A stretch of 64,000 nt of DNA, taken from contig JACPXM010000020.1 of assembly GCA_016196545.1 (NCBI GenBank), positions 4,168 through 68,167 of the forward strand, given 5' to 3'. This document shows positions 8,614 to 17,941 of this stretch, piece after piece (positions within the stretch are counted from its first letter, which is position 1; each line of letters begins with the position of its first letter). The translations under genes and the position numbers were made by a program. This stretch comes from Candidatus Omnitrophota bacterium. Its GTDB lineage: Bacteria > Omnitrophota > Omnitrophia > Omnitrophales > Aquincolibacteriaceae. Under the pieces are notes generated by a model. The model had not been told where the DNA came from, searched no databases, and saw only the letters and a program-made list of their open reading frames with translations.

Positions 8614-9642
8614 TTGCTTCATATCGCCATCACCGCAGATCCTGAGCTTCCTATCCCGCCAAAGTTGTATGGAGGGATCGAACGTGTGATCGCCATTATG
8701 ATTCCCGAACTCCTAAAAAGGGGACATCAAGTCACCTTATTTGCTCATCCGAATTCAAAAATAGCCTGCAATTTGATTCCCTATTCCGGGAAAAGCAGCG
8801 TTTCCCTCGTCGATACTTGGAAGAATATGCAATGTATCAAAAAAGCCTATTTCGCCAAAAAATTTGATGTCCTTCATAGTTTTGGCCGGCTGGCTTATCT
8901 TTTACCACTCTTATCGAAGCCCTTTCCTAAAATTATGACGTATCAAAGAAAAATTAGTCCGAGGTCAATTCTTTGGGGAAGTCGATTGTCGCGTGGCAGC
9001 CTTCATTTTACCGCAATTAGTCATCATATGGTGGAGCCGGTAAAAAAATTATCGGATTGGAAAGTGATTTACAACGCCGTTGATATCAGAACTTTTCAAT
9101 TTCAAGCTCAGGTGGATTCGCAGGCCCCCTTAATCTTTTTAGGACGCGTGGAGGAAATCAAAGGCCCCCATCTCGCCATTGAAGTGGCACAAAAAAGCGG
9201 CCGCCGGCTCCTCATCGCAGGCAATATCCCTCAAGGAAGCAAGCATCAAAACTATTTTGAAACCCGTATCAAACCTCATCTTATGCCCCGTTTTATTGAC
9301 TATATCGGTCCCGTGGAGGATGCCCAAAAAAATGAGTTGTTGAGGCAGGCCGCTGCACTCCTGATGCCTATTTTGTGGGAGGAGCCCTTTGGAATTGTGA
9401 TGGCGGAAGCGCTTGCATGCGGTACGCCGGTGATTGGGCTGCGTCAAGGCTCGGTTCCGGAAGTCATCTTGCAGGGACAAAATGGATTTGTTTGTGACAG
9501 CGTGGGTGAAATGATTGTGGCGGTGGCAAAGATAGGCCAGATTTCACGCGCAAAATGCCGCGAGGACGCGGAGAAAAGATTCAGTCATTCGGTTTTAGTC
9601 GATCAATATGAAAATTTGTATCAAAGCGCTTTAAAAAAATGA
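8614..9642 (+). CDS. glycosyltransferase, GT4-like
   Basis: LHIAITADPELPIPPKLYGGIERV and EEPFGIVMAEALACGTPVIG. TTG start; an in-frame ATA two codons upstream would give MKLLHIA. Confidence 0.75.
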   Translation: MLHIAITADPELPIPPKLYGGIERVIAIMIPELLKRGHQVTLFAHPNSKIACNLIPYSGKSSVSLVDTWKNMQCIKKAYFAKKFDVLHSFGRLAYLLPLLSKPFPKIMTYQRKISPRSILWGSRLSRGSLHFTAISHHMVEPVKKLSDWKVIYNAVDIRTFQFQAQVDSQAPLIFLGRVEEIKGPHLAIEVAQKSGRRLLIAGNIPQGSKHQNYFETRIKPHLMPRFIDYIGPVEDAQKNELLRQAAALLMPILWEEPFGIVMAEALACGTPVIGLRQGSVPEVILQGQNGFVCDSVGEMIVAVAKIGQISRAKCREDAEKRFSHSVLVDQYENLYQSALKK

Positions 9643-10415
9643 ATCCGTCAACTTCCTCAATATCGGAACAACCGCTCATGGGCTCCCTGCGATTAAGGAG
9701 ATTCAAACAACGGATGGGTAAAATCCTTATTCCGAGCCTGCCGATTTGCCGGGCCACCTTCAATCAATTGAGAACGGAGCTGGTTGCCTTCGGGGTGCGG
9801 CTTTCTTGCCGCATCAATCCCTGGAAAATTTATAAAATTAAAATGCTGCAAAAAGCCAACGATTTATCAGTCAACATTGGCTGCGGTCCTTTTGGGGAGA
9901 CCGGGTGGATTAATTTGGATATTATTAAGGCCCCGAATTTATGGAAGCGCTTCGACGTCCGCAAGTCGCTGCCCCTAAGAGAAAATTCAGCGCTGCGCAT
10001 AAGATGTGAGCATTTTCTTGAGCATCTGGATTTTCATGACGAGGTGCCCCATTTTTTAAGGCATTGTTTACGCTGCCTAAAAAAAGGAGGAATTTTAAGA
10101 ATCGTGGTCCCGGATATTCCGAAGTATTTAGCCGCCTATCAATCGGGAAATAAGAATGAATGGAAGCGTTTGGGATGGGATTTGGACCATATGCCTGAGG
10201 GTTTTGAAACCCAAATGGACATCCTGAATCACGTTTTTCGGCAAAACGGCGAGCATCGGTATGCCTATGATTACCGCACCTTGGCCCGCTTGCTTCAAAA
10301 AGTCGGCTTTTCTGAAGTGAGGCAGATGCGCTTTGGCCTATCCTCGGATGAGGCGCTTCAAGGCGACTTAGAAAATCACAAAAATTATTCCCTCTATTTG
10401 GAAGCGGTTAAATGA
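9639..10415 (+). CDS. class I SAM-dependent methyltransferase
   Basis: SAM motif I VNIGCGPFGETGWINLD and motif II-like LKKGGILRIVVPD. ATGA overlap with the upstream gene. Confidence 0.65.
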   Translation: MNPSTSSISEQPLMGSLRLRRFKQRMGKILIPSLPICRATFNQLRTELVAFGVRLSCRINPWKIYKIKMLQKANDLSVNIGCGPFGETGWINLDIIKAPNLWKRFDVRKSLPLRENSALRIRCEHFLEHLDFHDEVPHFLRHCLRCLKKGGILRIVVPDIPKYLAAYQSGNKNEWKRLGWDLDHMPEGFETQMDILNHVFRQNGEHRYAYDYRTLARLLQKVGFSEVRQMRFGLSSDEALQGDLENHKNYSLYLEAVK

Positions 10416-11674
10416 TGAGGAATGACCCGTCTCAAAAAACGGTTTGCATTCTGACAACCGGTCAGCCCTCCACAAATCCTCGAGTTGTAAAGGAAGCGGA
10501 CGCGCTCTCGGAGGCCGGTTATCGCGTGATGGTGATTGCGTCTTTCTGGGCGGATTGGGCCTCTTCGTTTGATCCCCAATTAATGTCCAGCCGAAAATGG
10601 CAATGCCAAATGGTGGGCGGAAGCCCTACCTCAGAACCCTGGATTTATTTTTGGAGTCGCCTTCGCTTTAAAGTTGCTCGTCTCTTTGCCCCTATTTGGC
10701 CAAAAGGCATGAATCAAAGACCCGAAATCGCGATTTCAAGAACCTCCGAGGAACTCCGAAAAGCAGCTGAGTCGATTCCCGCGGATTTGTATATTGCCCA
10801 TTATCCCGCCGCACTTCCCGCAGCCTTTTTTGCGGCAAAAAAGTATCGGGCAAAGTTAGGTTTTGATGCCGAAGATTTTCACAGCGGAGAGTTTAATCCC
10901 AAAGAGGATCAACCCCTTCATGGGCTTATCAGCGATCTCGAACAAAAATACATTCCAAGGTGTGATCACTTCACGGTAGCAAGCCCTTTAATCGGAAAGG
11001 CCTACAAGCCCATTTGGAATGGGAAAAGTCCTTTGACGATTCTTAATGTATTCCCAAAAAATTTGCGTCCCCCAAAACTTTCCATGAATTCCTCCGGCGA
11101 GGCCTTGAAACTTTTTTGGTTTTCACAGTCCATCGGAGAGAGGAGGGGGATTGAAGATGTGATCGAAGCTATGGGAAAGTTAACCAAAGAACAAATAGAA
11201 TTCCATCTTTTGGGGAGAATACTTCCGGATTATAAAGCGCGGCTGGATTCCCTCATCTCCCAGAAAGGGTTGAGATCCTCCCAAGTGGTTTTTCATAAAC
11301 CCCTTCCGCCCGAGGAATTGGTCCGTTATTCGGCGCAATTTGACATTGGCGTATCCCTCGAGCAGCCCATTAATCTTCATAAAAAGTATTGTTTAAGCAA
11401 CAAATTATTTACCTATCTCTTAGCGGGGAATGCGCTTATCTTGACAAACTTGGAGGGGCAAAGAATGATTGCCGAGGAACTCAAAGACGCCTGCCTGGAA
11501 TACTCGCCCGGAGATATTGCACAACTTGCCTCAGGGCTATCCCATTGGATCCAGGATAGAGATTCTCTGCTTCGAAGCCGTCAAAGGTCCTGGGAATTAG
11601 GAGAAAACAAATACAACTGGGATCTTGAGAAAGAAAAATTCGTAGAAAGCATTCATCATTTATTTGGTCATTAA
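10412..11674 (+). CDS. glycosyltransferase (GT-B, GT4-like)
   Basis: Length 420 aa. N-terminus VCILTTGQPSTNPRV. Donor-binding domain in the C-terminal half. Translationally coupled to the upstream gene. Confidence 0.65.
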   Translation: MMRNDPSQKTVCILTTGQPSTNPRVVKEADALSEAGYRVMVIASFWADWASSFDPQLMSSRKWQCQMVGGSPTSEPWIYFWSRLRFKVARLFAPIWPKGMNQRPEIAISRTSEELRKAAESIPADLYIAHYPAALPAAFFAAKKYRAKLGFDAEDFHSGEFNPKEDQPLHGLISDLEQKYIPRCDHFTVASPLIGKAYKPIWNGKSPLTILNVFPKNLRPPKLSMNSSGEALKLFWFSQSIGERRGIEDVIEAMGKLTKEQIEFHLLGRILPDYKARLDSLISQKGLRSSQVVFHKPLPPEELVRYSAQFDIGVSLEQPINLHKKYCLSNKLFTYLLAGNALILTNLEGQRMIAEELKDACLEYSPGDIAQLASGLSHWIQDRDSLLRSRQRSWELGENKYNWDLEKEKFVESIHHLFGH

Positions 11675-11698
11675 TCTTATAAATTCAAAAGCCCAGCG

Positions 11699-12718
11699 AT
11701 GAGACAAAATATCAAAAAATTGCTTTACTCTTCGGGTTTTTACCACACCGTGGCGAAACAGTTAAGGCTCAATAAAATAGGTGTCCTTTGTTATCACGGG
11801 CTCACAGCGAAAGATTCCGAAGCCGTGAACCATATTCCCAACGCCTTTCTGCATACCCCCATTAAAGAATTTGAATTGCAGATGAAATTTATAAGCGAAG
11901 CATTTAATGTTCTTACGTTAACCAAACTCTGGGAGCATTTCACCCGTCGCAGAGAATTGCCTTCGAATTCTGTCTTAATTACCTTTGATGATGGATATAA
12001 GACGATTTATCGATTGGCGAAACCAGTTTTAGAAAAATATAACATTCAGCCCGTTATTTTTATCACCACAGAAAATATTGGGAAATATGATTTAATTTGG
12101 CCAGATGCAGTTTTTTTATATTATCAAGACCGAACGATTCCGAGCAAGCAGTTCCCAGACGGCTATACGGCAAATCCCAAAATTTCATCTTCGCCTTCTC
12201 AGATGGATGAAGAGGCCATTTACGATATTATCCGGTGGTTGAAAAAAGTAAAAAATCAAAAAAGATTGGAATTTTTGAACCGGATTATGAGCAAACCAGA
12301 TTTTATCAGCCGCATTCCTCAGGAATGTTTAGTGCTTAATGAGGATGAGATTTTTCAGCTTTCTTCCTTGGGCTTTAATATCGGATCTCACACCAATTCT
12401 CATTCAATCCTTTCTCGTATGTCCGCCGAAGAACAAGAAAACGAAATTGCCCTCTCGAAAAAGATCTTGGAAGAAATAACCTCAAAACCGGTTTGTAGTT
12501 TCGCTTATCCTGAGGGAGGAGCCCACGATTTTAATGACGTCACCATTCAACTCCTGAAGAAACACAACTATACCTCAGCCTTTACGACCATTGAGGGTTA
12601 CGATGGCAAAGATGAAAATTTATACAAGCTCAAACGCATCTTTGTGATGGGCAATCTCCCGATTTGGGAATTTTGTCACCGCATGGTTTTCAGCTGGCCC
12701 GCAACCTATATCCGATGA
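11699..12718 (+). CDS. polysaccharide deacetylase (CE4/NodB domain)
   Basis: NodB motif 1 ITFDDGYKT. Downstream His motifs in NIGSHTNSHS. Confidence 0.75.
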   Translation: MRQNIKKLLYSSGFYHTVAKQLRLNKIGVLCYHGLTAKDSEAVNHIPNAFLHTPIKEFELQMKFISEAFNVLTLTKLWEHFTRRRELPSNSVLITFDDGYKTIYRLAKPVLEKYNIQPVIFITTENIGKYDLIWPDAVFLYYQDRTIPSKQFPDGYTANPKISSSPSQMDEEAIYDIIRWLKKVKNQKRLEFLNRIMSKPDFISRIPQECLVLNEDEIFQLSSLGFNIGSHTNSHSILSRMSAEEQENEIALSKKILEEITSKPVCSFAYPEGGAHDFNDVTIQLLKKHNYTSAFTTIEGYDGKDENLYKLKRIFVMGNLPIWEFCHRMVFSWPATYIR

Positions 12719-13434
12719 TGAAACACCTTAAAAATTTATTGCCTCATTCGTTTAAAAGAAAATTATGGAGGCAGCGTCAAAATTGGAAGGTCTCTCCCGC
12801 AAATTGGGAATTATTGAGAAGATTATCTCCGCTGAGCCCTCATTATGGTGTGGAAAGAGGGCAGCCCATTGATCGCTATTATATAGAAAATTTTTTAGCG
12901 AAATATTCCGCCGATATCAAAGGCCGTGTTCTTGAGATTCAATCTTCAGGCTATACCCGGCAATTTGGAAAAGGCAGGGTGAATCAATCGGATGTTTTGG
13001 ATATCGATTCGGCCAATCCCCAAGCGAGCTTGGTTGTGGATTTAAGCAAAGCCGACGGGATTCCTTCCGGCCAATTTGATTGTTTTATATTAACGCAATC
13101 CCTTCAATATATGTTTGATCTGAAATCGGCGCTTGGGCATGCTTTCCGGATTTTAAAACCCGAAGGCGTTTTGCTGGTGAGCGTCCCCGCCATTGCGCGA
13201 ATCGACCCGGGCGCCCGGGCAACAGATTATTGGAGATTTACACCCATGGGTTTATGCAAACTAATGGAAGAACACACCCAACCTCAAAATATTGAAATCA
13301 CCGTCCATGGAAATGTGCTGTCTGATTTTGGATTCTTGATGGGTTTGTCTCATCATGAGTTGTCGGAGCGAGAATTAAATACCACCGATACGGATTTTCC
13401 TCTTGTCCTTTGCGCCCGAGCGGTTAAATCATGA
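12715..13434 (+). CDS. class I SAM-dependent methyltransferase
   Basis: Motifs VLEIQSSGY, then ILKPEGVLLVSVP. The ATGATGA start overlaps the upstream stop codon. Confidence 0.6.
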   Translation: MMKHLKNLLPHSFKRKLWRQRQNWKVSPANWELLRRLSPLSPHYGVERGQPIDRYYIENFLAKYSADIKGRVLEIQSSGYTRQFGKGRVNQSDVLDIDSANPQASLVVDLSKADGIPSGQFDCFILTQSLQYMFDLKSALGHAFRILKPEGVLLVSVPAIARIDPGARATDYWRFTPMGLCKLMEEHTQPQNIEITVHGNVLSDFGFLMGLSHHELSERELNTTDTDFPLVLCARAVKS

Positions 13435-14003
13435 TTCTTCCTTATAAATTCAAGAATTCCATCATTTCTCAATTGAGCTTATCCGCCAAAAAATTAATGA
13501 ATTCAATTTTTCGACGCAATCTATTGTTTTTGCCGCAATCGACATCCCGGGAAGCAAATTATCTTAATGTCCAATACAGCTATCGAGTGGAGAATGAATG
13601 CGCACAAATTAAAATTTCAGACCGCAGTGTCGGAAAACTCTCGGTAATTCTAAAGGCCGTTCAGGAAAGTCATCCGGTGCTCTTGTCCCTTGAAAAGATT
13701 GAATTCAATTTTAAAGAAATGATTAAAATCGATTTTAAAAATAAAGTCATCGAATTTAAAGAAAGCGCAGACAGCCATCCTTTTGAACCAGCTGTCCAAA
13801 GCCGAAGGTATGAGCTCGAATTAACCTTACGCGACTATTTGGGCAAAACAAAAAAAAGGACTTGTTCCCTGTATGTGCCCGGCGGGGGGGCCCATTCAAG
13901 GGAATTATTTTCAGGGGTGGAATTATTTCGATTACGAAACCCAAGCGCTCGGAGACGCCCTCTTTATCAGTCAATGGATTCGAGATTGGACAGCACCCTG
14001 TAA
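13431..14003 (+). CDS. hypothetical protein; possibly the N-terminal domain of the downstream methyltransferase if a frameshift at the G7 tract is not real
   Basis: ORF only. Its last 130 nt overlap the next ORF in the +1 frame across a G7 run at 13884-13890. Confidence 0.3.
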   Translation: MILPYKFKNSIISQLSLSAKKLMNSIFRRNLLFLPQSTSREANYLNVQYSYRVENECAQIKISDRSVGKLSVILKAVQESHPVLLSLEKIEFNFKEMIKIDFKNKVIEFKESADSHPFEPAVQSRRYELELTLRDYLGKTKKRTCSLYVPGGGAHSRELFSGVELFRLRNPSARRRPLYQSMDSRLDSTL

Positions 14004-14583
14004 AATCTTAGAGATTGGTTGCGGCTCGGGTCTTGCCTTGAAGCGGCTTGAGGAAATGGGTTTTGAAAGTTACGGCGTGGACATTGCCGATTGGGCGGTC
14101 CATGAGGCGAAAAAGAAAATGGGGAGTGAGCGCATCCACTTATGTGACATTGAGAAAGAGCCCCTTCCCTTTCAAGCCCCCTTTGATGCTATTTTTCTCA
14201 GCGCCGTATTTGAGCATTTTCATAAGCCTTATGAGGTCATCAAGAAGTTACTTCCCCTTACGAGGAAGGGGACACTGATCTTTATCCGCACGGCGAATCC
14301 AAAATCTCTGACGCGCCAGCTTTTCAAGCAAAATTGGGAGGGGTATTTTGACTACAGTCATTATGGCATTGAGCAGGTATTTCCCTCGGAGCTTCGCAAA
14401 CAATTTTCCGATCTAGGTTGGAAAATCATGTCTTTGGATACAGACAGTATTTGGACCTGCAATGGAGATGAAGTCGCGGCCGCTTTTCGGGACTTTTATA
14501 GTGGCGATGCAAGGTTTCGTTTGTTTATCAAAGAATTTGAACTTGGGGATTTTATCAGCCTCGTGGCAAGGCGGACCGTTTAA
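13873..14583 (+). CDS. class I SAM-dependent methyltransferase
   Basis: SAM motif ILEIGCGSGLALKRL. Motif II-like IFLSAVFEHF. Confidence 0.65.
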   Translation: MCPAGGPIQGNYFQGWNYFDYETQALGDALFISQWIRDWTAPCKILEIGCGSGLALKRLEEMGFESYGVDIADWAVHEAKKKMGSERIHLCDIEKEPLPFQAPFDAIFLSAVFEHFHKPYEVIKKLLPLTRKGTLIFIRTANPKSLTRQLFKQNWEGYFDYSHYGIEQVFPSELRKQFSDLGWKIMSLDTDSIWTCNGDEVAAAFRDFYSGDARFRLFIKEFELGDFISLVARRTV

Positions 14584-14679
14584 GGAATGAGGACTTAAAA
14601 CCCCATCGTTAAACCTCTTAAAATCATTTTAGGCGCGGGATGGTATTTTCCTCAAAGTACCGGAGGGATAGAAGTCTAT

Positions 14680-15960
14680 GTGTCGACGCTCGCTAAAATC
14701 TTCCAGGGCCTGGGTCATGACGTCGGCGTGGTGGTCCCGCATTTCGGCGAGAAAGTGGAGCACGATCGTTATGAAGGAATTTCGGTTTATCGATATCCCG
14801 TGCCCGCTTCCCCTTTTTGGGAGGAAGTTCAAGGGACAGTTTCTCCCCGCTTTTTTTCTCATTTCGTTGATTTAATTCAATCCCTTCGGCCAGATGTTAT
14901 TCATTTTCACACGACTTCATGGACCATGGGGCTTACGCATATCAAGGCAGCTTATCGGTCCGGTGCGGTGACTCTTCTGACCCATCATACGCCGAGCCTG
15001 GGATATCTTTGCCCTCGAGGGACAGGTATGCTTTGGGGAAAAGTGGCTTGTGACGGAATCGTCACGGCCTCGCGCTGCAGCGTCTGTCTTCTGCAGCAAA
15101 AAGGGATTCCGCCCATTTTGGGAAATCCCTTGGGAAGAATTCCTCCGGCGGTAGGGAAACACTTTCAAACCACATTCAAGAAAAACAAATTCTCTACTCT
15201 GGTGAGTCTTCCCTTCTTGATCGAGCAAAGAAAGGAAATGCATTCTGAGATTTTAGACCATGTCCATGCCGTTATTTGCTTGACCGAATGGGGAAGACAG
15301 ACGCTTCTGCGAAACGGCACGCCCTCTGAAAAGTTAATCCTTTGCCGCTTAGGGGTTGCAGGAAAGAACTGTTTGGGAAAATCCTCGCGACCTTCAAGTG
15401 AACCTTGTTTGGTGATGGGTTATATCGGACGCTACGATCCGATCAAGGGATTGGAGCCTCTCCTCAAGGCTTTCATGAAATTACCTTCTAAAGAGAAGGT
15501 GACCCTTCGAATTTATGGAGTTTCCAATGAAGATTCAACGTACGAACATTTTTTAAGAAAAATGGCGCAACCCGATGCCCGGATTAAGTTTGAAAATCCT
15601 TTAAAACCCGATCAGGTGAGAAAAGCTTTAAGGGAATTAGATGTGCTTGCGGTTCCCTCCTTGTGTATGGAAGGAGGGCCTACGGTTTTGCTGGAGGCCT
15701 TAGCAGAAAAAGTGCCGGTGATAGGTTCTGACCTCGGAGCCATCCCGGAATATATTCAAGCGGGGAAAAACGGCCTCCTTTTTCCGCCGGGGGATATCGA
15801 AGCGATTCAGCAAACCCTCACACGGCTTTCCTCCGACAGAGAACTCCTTTCAAATTTAGTTGAGGGCATTGAAGATGTCAGAACCCTGCAGGATGTCGCC
15901 CGGGAGCACATGGAATTCTATACATCGCTGAACCCCAAAAGGTCACTCTTTCAATGTTAA
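14680..15960 (+). CDS. glycosyltransferase, GT4-like; the start is probably upstream of the GTG called by the ORF track
   Basis: C-terminal EGGPTVLLEALAEKVPVIGSD. The conserved N-terminal motif ILGAGWYFPQSTGGIEVYV is encoded in-frame at 14617-14679 with no canonical start codon. Confidence 0.75.
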   Translation: MSTLAKIFQGLGHDVGVVVPHFGEKVEHDRYEGISVYRYPVPASPFWEEVQGTVSPRFFSHFVDLIQSLRPDVIHFHTTSWTMGLTHIKAAYRSGAVTLLTHHTPSLGYLCPRGTGMLWGKVACDGIVTASRCSVCLLQQKGIPPILGNPLGRIPPAVGKHFQTTFKKNKFSTLVSLPFLIEQRKEMHSEILDHVHAVICLTEWGRQTLLRNGTPSEKLILCRLGVAGKNCLGKSSRPSSEPCLVMGYIGRYDPIKGLEPLLKAFMKLPSKEKVTLRIYGVSNEDSTYEHFLRKMAQPDARIKFENPLKPDQVRKALRELDVLAVPSLCMEGGPTVLLEALAEKVPVIGSDLGAIPEYIQAGKNGLLFPPGDIEAIQQTLTRLSSDRELLSNLVEGIEDVRTLQDVAREHMEFYTSLNPKRSLFQC

Positions 15961-16640
15961 ACCTCCTTGATGAATTGGCGATCAAGCACGGCACGGACAA
16001 GTCCTCCCTACATCACAATTATACGGAACCCTATTTTCAGATCTTTCAGCCCCTGCGCCAAAAAAAACTCAAGCTCGTAGAAATCGGAGTCTATAACGGG
16101 TCCTCTCTAAGAATGTGGGAAGACTTTTTCCCGAATGCCGAAATTTATGGGATCGATTTGGACCCGAAGGCCATGGCCCATCAAAAAGGCCGAATCAAAA
16201 TAGCCCTTGGAGACCAGAACGACGAAAATTTTTTGCAGCGCTTTCAAAAAAAAGTCGGAAAAATAGACATCCTCATTGACGATGGAAGCCATCGACCCGA
16301 ACATCAATTAAAAAGTCTGAATTGTCTTTTCCCCTCACTTCTTAAAAACGGCATTTATGTGATCGAAGATTTATGCAGTTCCTTTTTGAAGACCTACGGG
16401 CCGTCAGCCGGCCTGCATAATTCAAGGAACACGCTGGAATACTTAAAGTCCGTCCTGGATGTGATTCACGCTGAAAAAAGTCACGGAGGCCTCCTGGGAG
16501 ATGAAGTGACGGAGCATATCAAGGCGATTCACTTTTATCCAAGGATTGCGTTTTTATTTAAAGGAAAGGTCTGCAAACAATTGCCTGGAACTAAAGGGAT
16601 CGATAAAAGAAAAAAGAGGGGTCGATTTCTATGGGGATGA
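15954..16640 (+). CDS. class I SAM-dependent sugar O-methyltransferase (TylF/CmcI-like)
   Basis: GTDKSSLHHNYTEPY...LVEIGVYNGSSLRMW...DILIDDGSH. Confidence 0.7.
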   Translation: MLNLLDELAIKHGTDKSSLHHNYTEPYFQIFQPLRQKKLKLVEIGVYNGSSLRMWEDFFPNAEIYGIDLDPKAMAHQKGRIKIALGDQNDENFLQRFQKKVGKIDILIDDGSHRPEHQLKSLNCLFPSLLKNGIYVIEDLCSSFLKTYGPSAGLHNSRNTLEYLKSVLDVIHAEKSHGGLLGDEVTEHIKAIHFYPRIAFLFKGKVCKQLPGTKGIDKRKKRGRFLWG

Positions 16641-17941
16641 AACGGGTTGCCATGGTTTCGCCTTATTTTCCTCCAAGTACGCTGGCGGGTGTGCATCGGG
16701 CTCGGCTTTTAGCCAAGCATCTCAATAAATTTAGCTGGGAGCCGGTTGTTTTTTGTGTTGATGAACATTATCACGAACAATCTTTGGATCTGGAATTGGA
16801 AAAGCTTGTTCCCAAAACGATTCGGGTGATCAAAAGCAAGGCCTTCCGGATTCAAATGACTCGGCTTTTTGGAGTGGGGGATATCGGCCTTCGAGGCTAC
16901 CGGGGCATGTATCAAGCGCTTGAAGATTTTTTAGGCAGGGAAAAAGCGGATCTTTTGTTCATTACCCTGTCTCCCTATTACCCGTCCCTCATGGGGCCCT
17001 CGCTGAAAAGAAAATTTAAACTTCCATTCATTTTAGATTATCAAGATCCCTGGGTATCGAAATTTGGAGCCCGTCAGCCTATTTTTACCAAGGCGGGATT
17101 ATCCCACATTTTAGCCAAGTGGCTGGAACCCAAGGTCCTGCGTTGGGCGGACCATATTACTTCGGTGTCGGAAGGAACCAATCAGGAAATTAGAATGCGC
17201 TACCCCAAACTCAACAAGGATATTTTTAGCGTGCTCCCAATTGGCGGGGACCCTGAAGATTATGAATATCTTGAGTCTCATCCATTTCCTTTGAAAATCG
17301 CAACGCTCTCCGATAAGGAGCTTAATTTTTGTTATGTGGGAACCCTTTTACCCCGGGCCCACAGGACCTTAAGGGCATTGCTTAAAGCGATCAAAATTAT
17401 TCGCGAAAAAAACCCAACGTTGTATCAAAAAATGAAGTTTCACTTTATTGGAACAAGTAATTTGCCCGATGGTTTTAAAGATTTTAAGGTTCTTCCGATG
17501 GCAAGAGAAGAAGGGGTGGAAGAGCGCATTCGCGAAATACCCGAGCGAGTGCCCTATCTAGAAGCCTTAAAAATTCTTTCTTCGTCGAATGTTATTTTGA
17601 TGCTGGGCTCGGATGAAAAGCATTATACGGCATCAAAACTTTTTCCCGGTCTTTTGTCAGGCCGTCCCATTCTAGCGCTTTATCATGAGGCAAGCAGCGT
17701 TTGTGAAATCGTCAAGCAGACCGGAGGCGTTCATCTTATTAAGTTCTCGGATGAGGTGCCGGCTCAAGACCAGGTAGGAAATATTTCAAAGGATTTGGAA
17801 CTTCTGGCATTGCATCCCGAGGTGGTTCAGCCGGCTTCTTTAGATGCAATGAAAAGTGTGCTTGCGTCGTCCATTGCGGGTCAGTTCGCAAAACTATTTG
17901 ATTCCGTGGTATCCCGAGGACCCTCTCAGGCAGCATGGTAA
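16637..17941 (+). CDS. glycosyltransferase (GT-B)
   Basis: N-terminus MKRVAMVSPYFPPSTLAGVHRARLLAKHL is GT4-like. ATGA overlap with the upstream gene. Confidence 0.65.
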   Translation: MKRVAMVSPYFPPSTLAGVHRARLLAKHLNKFSWEPVVFCVDEHYHEQSLDLELEKLVPKTIRVIKSKAFRIQMTRLFGVGDIGLRGYRGMYQALEDFLGREKADLLFITLSPYYPSLMGPSLKRKFKLPFILDYQDPWVSKFGARQPIFTKAGLSHILAKWLEPKVLRWADHITSVSEGTNQEIRMRYPKLNKDIFSVLPIGGDPEDYEYLESHPFPLKIATLSDKELNFCYVGTLLPRAHRTLRALLKAIKIIREKNPTLYQKMKFHFIGTSNLPDGFKDFKVLPMAREEGVEERIREIPERVPYLEALKILSSSNVILMLGSDEKHYTASKLFPGLLSGRPILALYHEASSVCEIVKQTGGVHLIKFSDEVPAQDQVGNISKDLELLALHPEVVQPASLDAMKSVLASSIAGQFAKLFDSVVSRGPSQAAW

